A DNA stretch of 64,000 bases from Spirochaetia bacterium (GTDB lineage Bacteria > Spirochaetota > Spirochaetia > DSM-2461): contig CAXXIA010000001.1 in the NCBI GenBank assembly GCA_963666985.2, forward strand, positions 832,001 through 896,000, in the 5' to 3' direction. The notes under the pieces were generated by a model. The model worked only from the letters and a program-made list of their open reading frames with translations, was not told the DNA's origin and did not search any database. A program made the translations under genes and the position numbers. Each line of letters opens with the position of its first letter. The stretch's first letter is position 1. Below, piece by piece: positions 58,709 through 64,000 of this stretch.

Positions 58709-60406
58709 ATGCCCGAATCGGATGCCTTCGCTCAGGAGAGCAATCAAAATCAACTTCAGGAATTGTACCTGAAGGCCCTCGATGAAATAGAGGAAGGTGG
58801 AATTATCGAGGGAGAAGTTATTCAAGTCGATAGTGAATATGTCTATCTCGATCTTGGTCTCAAATCGGACGGCAAAGTGCCCATTGACGAATTCAAGGTA
58901 ATTCCCTCGGTTGGGGATACCATTGAAACGGTTCTTGTAAAACGGGAAGGCCGTCACGGCGAAGTCGTTATCTCCAAGAAAAAAGCGGATATGAAAGTGT
59001 TTTGGAAAACACTGCGAGATGCCTTTGAAGCCAAAGAACCCGTTAACGGAACCGTTGTTAAAGCGGTGAAGGGCGGATTCGAAGTGGATCTCGGCTACGA
59101 TGTCAAAGCTTTTTGTCCCATCAGCAAGATGGATGTTCAGAGAATCGAGGAACCGGAAGAATATATCGGTCTTGAGTCGCCGTTTATGATTGATCGGCTG
59201 TACAGCGAAAAGAAGGTGAACATCGTTCTCACCCGCCGCCAATGGCTCGAACAGCGAACGGAAGATAATAGAAACAAATTCTTTGAAACGGTGGCAATCG
59301 GAGATGAGGTTGAAGGAACCGTAAAGAGTTTCACTTCTTTCGGCGCGTTCATCGACCTTGGAGGTTTTGATGGCTTGCTGCATATCAATGATATGAGCTG
59401 GGGCCATGTAACACGTCCTAAAGATTACGTTAAGAAAAATGAGAAGATAAAACTCAAGGTGATCCGTCTGGATCCTCAAGAGAAAAAAATAAATCTTTCG
59501 CTGAAGCATTTTCTGGCCGATCCGTGGTCCACATTCGAGGCCAAGTACCATGTTGATCAGGTTATCAAAGGCCGCGTAACCAAGCTTACCGATTTCGGCG
59601 CCTTTATCGAAATTGAAGAAGGAATCGAAGGACTTGCGCATATATCCGAACTTTCGTGGGTTAAGCGAATCAAGCATCCCAGAGAGCTCTTTAACATCGG
59701 TGACGAATGCGAGGCAATGATCCTTGGTTACGATATCCCTCAGGGACGGATTTCATTGGGCCTGAAGCAGGTTCTGCCCAATCCTTGGGATGAAATCGAG
59801 ACGAAGTTCCCCGTCGGCACTCAAGGCGAGTGGCTGGTTAAGAAAATCACCAATGCGGGTGCTTTTGTCGAACTTGAAGAAGGCATTGACGCCTTTCTCC
59901 ACGCCGACGATCTTTCCTGGACCAAGAAAGTCAGGAATGTCGGAAGTGTTCTTACCGAGGGTGAAAAAGTCAAAGCCGTCATCATCAGCGTTAACCCCGA
60001 GGAACGGCGGATTCGTCTGGGCGTAAAACAGCTTGAAAACGATCCGTGGGCTTCCTTCCATGATAAGCACCCGCGCGGCTCCATCGTTGAAGGTGAAATT
60101 ACCGGTAAAACCGATTTTGGAATCTTCGTGAAAGTCGAAGGCGATATCGAAGGTCTTATCCATAAGAATAATTTGACCGAAAACCGCGACGAGGATGCCG
60201 AAGCCAAGCTGGCTTCCCTGAATATCGGCGACAAAATCAAAGCGTCGGTAACCGAAGTCAATACCGGCAAGCAGAAACTCTCTTTGTCCGTCCGTGAGAT
60301 GAAGTACCGCGAAGAGCGGGCTGAAATATCGAAGTATATGGACAGCGACGAGGAATCCGGAGATTCCTACACCTTGGCGGATATGCTTAAGGATAAAGGG
60401 GACTGA
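58709..60406 (+). CDS. rpsA: 30S ribosomal protein S1
   Basis: Six S1 repeats (FGAFIDLGG.DGLLHI, EGLAHISELSW). Confidence 0.97.
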   Translation: MPESDAFAQESNQNQLQELYLKALDEIEEGGIIEGEVIQVDSEYVYLDLGLKSDGKVPIDEFKVIPSVGDTIETVLVKREGRHGEVVISKKKADMKVFWKTLRDAFEAKEPVNGTVVKAVKGGFEVDLGYDVKAFCPISKMDVQRIEEPEEYIGLESPFMIDRLYSEKKVNIVLTRRQWLEQRTEDNRNKFFETVAIGDEVEGTVKSFTSFGAFIDLGGFDGLLHINDMSWGHVTRPKDYVKKNEKIKLKVIRLDPQEKKINLSLKHFLADPWSTFEAKYHVDQVIKGRVTKLTDFGAFIEIEEGIEGLAHISELSWVKRIKHPRELFNIGDECEAMILGYDIPQGRISLGLKQVLPNPWDEIETKFPVGTQGEWLVKKITNAGAFVELEEGIDAFLHADDLSWTKKVRNVGSVLTEGEKVKAVIISVNPEERRIRLGVKQLENDPWASFHDKHPRGSIVEGEITGKTDFGIFVKVEGDIEGLIHKNNLTENRDEDAEAKLASLNIGDKIKASVTEVNTGKQKLSLSVREMKYREERAEISKYMDSDEESGDSYTLADMLKDKGD

Positions 60407-60468
60407 ACTACCGCGGTAGAGCGCCGTTGAAGCGGCGTAATACCGCGTGAAGTCGTGGGGTACTCATC

Positions 60469-61992
60469 ATGCCTAAGGCAAGCGACGATGTCCGTAGACT
60501 GGAAACCCTCATTGAAATCAATGCCCTTATCAATTCCCAATACAAGGATGTAAGGGTATTGCTTTCAAGGATTATGGAATCGGCGGAACGGCTTATAGGT
60601 TCGGATGCGTCTTCACTCCTTTTGGTTGATACCGGTACGGGTCGGCTGTTTTTTGAAATTGCTCTTGGCGACAAAGGCGAAGACGTAAAAAAATACATCC
60701 TTCAAAAAGGCGAAGGGATAGCCGGCTGGGTTGCGCAAAACGACCGGTCCCTTGTTGTCAACGAACCTGAAAATGACCCGCGTCATTTTTCCGTAATATC
60801 CGAGGATACCGGATATAAGACAAAAAATCTTATTGCCGTACCCATGCGCGCGAAAGAAGAAGTCATCGGAGTTCTTGAAGTCATCAATAAATCCAACGGT
60901 GAGAATTTTGATGATGATGATCTTTGGCTTCTTGAAGTTCTGGCGGATCAGGCGTCAATCGCCGTTCAGAACGCACGGGAATACGGGCGTGTGAGCAACG
61001 AACTGGATTCATTGCGGCATGAAATGGCGGTCGGGGTGAATCCCGGAGAAAAGCCGATTATATGGAAGAGTCCCATCACCGGAAAAGTTGTCGCAGCGGC
61101 CGATAAAATTGCGGCCGCCGATTCACCGGTGCTTATTCTTGGGGAAAGCGGCACGGGAAAAGAGCTTCTTGCCGAACGGATTCATGCGTTCTCCAAAAGA
61201 TCGGCCGAGCCCATGGTTAAGGTCAACTGCGCGGCAATCCCGAACGAATTATTGGAATCGGAACTCTTCGGCTATGAGAAAGGCGCATTTACCGATGCGG
61301 TTAGAGACCGGCAGGGATTTTTTGAACGGGCCGACGGAGGAACGCTGTTTCTTGATGAGATAGGAGATCTTCCTTACGCGGCCCAAGGGAAACTTTTACG
61401 TGTTCTCCAGGACGGACGATTCCAAAGAGTCGGCGGAGAGAGCGACCTAAAGGTCAATGTCAGGGTTATCGCAGCAACGAATAAAAACCTTGCTTCGGAA
61501 GTCGCCGCCGGAACTTTCCGGCAGGATCTGTATTACCGCCTGGCCGTTTTCCCTCTGGAAATGCCGCCATTGCGTGAAAGGCCGGAAGACATTGAGGCTC
61601 TTTCGCGTCATTTTTTAGCATCGTTCCAGAAATCAAATCTTAACGCGCCGAGAAATTTCAGTCTTGAAGCCATTGAGGTCTTGCTGTCTTACAGATGGCC
61701 GGGTAATGTCAGAGAGCTTCAGAATGCCGTGGAACGTTCCGTTATAATCGGCCGGGGAAAAGAAACCATTACGCCGGCCGATTTGGGACTGCCCGGACGG
61801 ATTAAAAAAGACGATGATTACCGGGGGAAAACGCTTAAGGAATCCATCAACCTTTTTAAGAAGAATTTCGTCAGAGAGGTTCTGAACGCCAACGGAGGAA
61901 ATCAGACTCTTTCCGCGGAAGCTCTCGGTATACAGCGGACATACTTGTCCAGAATGATTAAAGAACTGAACATCGCCGGGGATACGGAATAA
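60469..61992 (+). CDS. GAF-domain sigma54-dependent transcriptional activator
   Basis: GAF domain, GESGTGKE, ESELFG, GAFTDA, FLDEIGD, WPGNVREL, C-terminal HTH. Confidence 0.92.
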   Translation: MPKASDDVRRLETLIEINALINSQYKDVRVLLSRIMESAERLIGSDASSLLLVDTGTGRLFFEIALGDKGEDVKKYILQKGEGIAGWVAQNDRSLVVNEPENDPRHFSVISEDTGYKTKNLIAVPMRAKEEVIGVLEVINKSNGENFDDDDLWLLEVLADQASIAVQNAREYGRVSNELDSLRHEMAVGVNPGEKPIIWKSPITGKVVAAADKIAAADSPVLILGESGTGKELLAERIHAFSKRSAEPMVKVNCAAIPNELLESELFGYEKGAFTDAVRDRQGFFERADGGTLFLDEIGDLPYAAQGKLLRVLQDGRFQRVGGESDLKVNVRVIAATNKNLASEVAAGTFRQDLYYRLAVFPLEMPPLRERPEDIEALSRHFLASFQKSNLNAPRNFSLEAIEVLLSYRWPGNVRELQNAVERSVIIGRGKETITPADLGLPGRIKKDDDYRGKTLKESINLFKKNFVREVLNANGGNQTLSAEALGIQRTYLSRMIKELNIAGDTE

Positions 61993-62026
61993 TCCGTCCG
62001 CGTCGATTTCCGAGGAGATGCATTAA

Positions 62027-62692
62027 ATGAAGTACCAGGAAGAAGAACTTACCTTAAAAGAACGCGTCAATTCTTCCCTTTCCCGACATTGGAAATTCGC
62101 CGTTTTAATCCTGTCGCTTGTCGTTGTTGCCATGGCCGCCATCCTTGTTGTTGATAAGGTCGACAGTAACCGTAAAGCCGATGCCGCCGTTCTTGCGGAA
62201 GATATTCAGGACGCATACGTTGAATGGATACGTTCGGCCGAGGGCGAACGGGATGAGCAAGCCCTTGATAAGCTTATTTCGCAAGCTCTCGATGAATACC
62301 CGAAGACCTTTGCGGCTCAAAGAGCCTATTTTACGCGCGGATTGATGGCCCTGGAAAACGAGGAATGGACTAAAGCCGCCGAGGCTTTTGAAACTCTCAG
62401 CTTAAAATGGAAAGAGAGTTATTTAACGCCGGTCAGTCTGTTTAATGCGGGAACGGCCAGAGAAGAAGCCGGCGAAATCGATAAAGCGAAAGAACTTTGG
62501 ATGAGACTTGTCGATGATTATTCCGGTCTTTCTCCCGACGCGCCGGAAACTTTGTTCAACCTCGGCCGAATATCGGAGTCCAGCGGTGATAACGAAGCGG
62601 CTGTCGGATTCTATAAAGACATCGCTTCCCAGTATCCCGAGAGTCGGTGGACGGACCTCGCCAAAAGCCGTATTCTGGTTATTGAAGGTTAA
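62027..62692 (+). CDS. Membrane-anchored TPR protein (YfgM-like)
   Basis: N-terminal TM followed by TPR helices. Confidence 0.75.
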   Translation: MKYQEEELTLKERVNSSLSRHWKFAVLILSLVVVAMAAILVVDKVDSNRKADAAVLAEDIQDAYVEWIRSAEGERDEQALDKLISQALDEYPKTFAAQRAYFTRGLMALENEEWTKAAEAFETLSLKWKESYLTPVSLFNAGTAREEAGEIDKAKELWMRLVDDYSGLSPDAPETLFNLGRISESSGDNEAAVGFYKDIASQYPESRWTDLAKSRILVIEG

Positions 62693-62804
62693 GAGCCATT
62701 CCCTTATATAAAGGGATACGCAATCAACCAATGCCGGACTGAAGAAAATCGGCGGGAAGTAAAATCTTTCCGCCGAATGAATAATTCCGGACGGGGGTAT
62801 TCCC

Positions 62805-64000
62805 TTGGCATCGAACACGCGTTTTTCACGGTCATTCTTTTCTCCCAAGGTATTCGGACTTTTTCTGGGTCTTCTCATTGCCGGACTTTTCATCTTTATC
62901 GGGACTTTTACGGATGTTTTCGACAATCTCGAAACCCAGGTTATGGATCTCCATTTTAATCTGAAGCAAAGTCTTGTCCGGGAAAGTACTCAGGAAAATG
63001 TCGTCAAAGAGAAAAGAATCCATAAGATTTCAAACGATATCGTTCTTATCGGTATCGACAATAAGACGCTCGACGCTTTTGGAAGATGGCCTTTCCCCAG
63101 ATCGTATCACGCCGATTTACTGAATTCTTTTACCAGAATCCAAGATCAAAACGAAAGAGAATCGGCCGTACTTTTGGATATTCTTTTTAACGATGTTGCC
63201 GACAGGGTGTTTGAGGATGTTGTTCTTATCGACGCCATGAAAGCCAACGGCCGGGTTGCTCTTCAATCACAGCTTCAAAGCCTTCCCATGGCTTCCTCGC
63301 TGACGGACGAACTGAATTCCCGCCTAAAAGTGTTATTGGATAATCTCGGAGAGATTACGGATATCAATGGAGATTTGTCGAAAGTCAGACCGTATTACGG
63401 TATAGAATCTCCGCTGAAGCCCTATGGGCGCGCCATAGCCTCTTATGGTCATGCCTCCTATCACGAAGACACGGATAAGGTTTTCAGGCGTCAGCAGATG
63501 GTATCGCGCTACAGTGAAAAAATCGGTGAGTTTCCTCTCGATGAAATCGATATATATACGGATTTCAAAATTGACGGAAGAGGACATCTGGGATGGCTGA
63601 ATGAAAACGGTATTATCGAATCCGTTGAGCTCCCGCTGACCGATGAAACCCTGGCCGGCCTTCGAAAAGAAGTTCATAAAAACGGCTTGCCCCGTATCGG
63701 CGATGACGGCTCCCGAAAATGGTATGTTTTCACCTATAAAGATCATTATATTCCGGCGATATCATTAACGCTGGCTCTCCGCTATTTGAATAAAAGCCTT
63801 GATGACATCGAAGTTGTTTACGGATCTCATATTCTGATACCGTCGCCCATGAAATGGGATTCCGAGAGCGGTTCGTGGATTCCTTATGAAATCGGCGGAG
63901 CAAGAAACACAAAGCGATTGCTTCATGAAATCCGAATCCCAATTGATGAAAACGGGAATATGCTGATCAATTTCATGGGAAGACGCAGCTCCGCAGAGCC
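62805..64000 (+). CDS. CHASE2-domain membrane sensor (often adenylate/guanylate cyclase), 3' truncated by window edge
   Basis: Frame from TTG 62805 (not in the ORF track): TM, DIVLIGIDNKTLDAFGRWPFPRSYHA, LLDILF, IPIDENGNMLINF. Confidence 0.85.
   Translation, partial: MASNTRFSRSFFSPKVFGLFLGLLIAGLFIFIGTFTDVFDNLETQVMDLHFNLKQSLVRESTQENVVKEKRIHKISNDIVLIGIDNKTLDAFGRWPFPRSYHADLLNSFTRIQDQNERESAVLLDILFNDVADRVFEDVVLIDAMKANGRVALQSQLQSLPMASSLTDELNSRLKVLLDNLGEITDINGDLSKVRPYYGIESPLKPYGRAIASYGHASYHEDTDKVFRRQQMVSRYSEKIGEFPLDEIDIYTDFKIDGRGHLGWLNENGIIESVELPLTDETLAGLRKEVHKNGLPRIGDDGSRKWYVFTYKDHYIPAISLTLALRYLNKSLDDIEVVYGSHILIPSPMKWDSESGSWIPYEIGGARNTKRLLHEIRIPIDENGNMLINFMGRRSSAE

Overview
Bacterial chromosomal window, very probably from a spirochaete (Spirochaetales-like). 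Evidence: giant GreA, tandem lepB genes next to smpB, NusA with a C-terminal zinc ribbon, and the tmk-tamB-bamA-skp-mutS-comF-rimP-nusA-infB-rbfA-truB-rpsO-pnp-lptFG-tgt-murJ gene order. Bases 1-~5253 are one end of an integrative element or prophage inserted at the 3' end of the tmRNA gene. It carries a tyrosine integrase, a umuD-umuC pair convergent with a SRAP/YedK abasic-site protein, an orphan D12-class adenine MTase preceded by a candidate structured RNA, and a glycine-zipper protein end. The rest is core genome: trans-translation, Holliday junction resolution, queuosine, OM biogenesis, translation, recA, scpAB, a sigma54 activator and a truncated CHASE2 gene. Most notable observations: (1) an ExbB-ExbD-TonB-like motor coupled directly to tamB-bamA-skp with no TonB-dependent receptor in the window; (2) the tmRNA-borne mutagenesis cassette; (3) the multi-stem RNA candidate upstream of the MTase; (4) several promoters that predict leaderless mRNAs; (5) a small dispersed intergenic repeat; (6) six +1 frameshifts confined to 12.5-18.2 kb, probably assembly errors. 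All calls come from reading motifs by eye; no searches were run.
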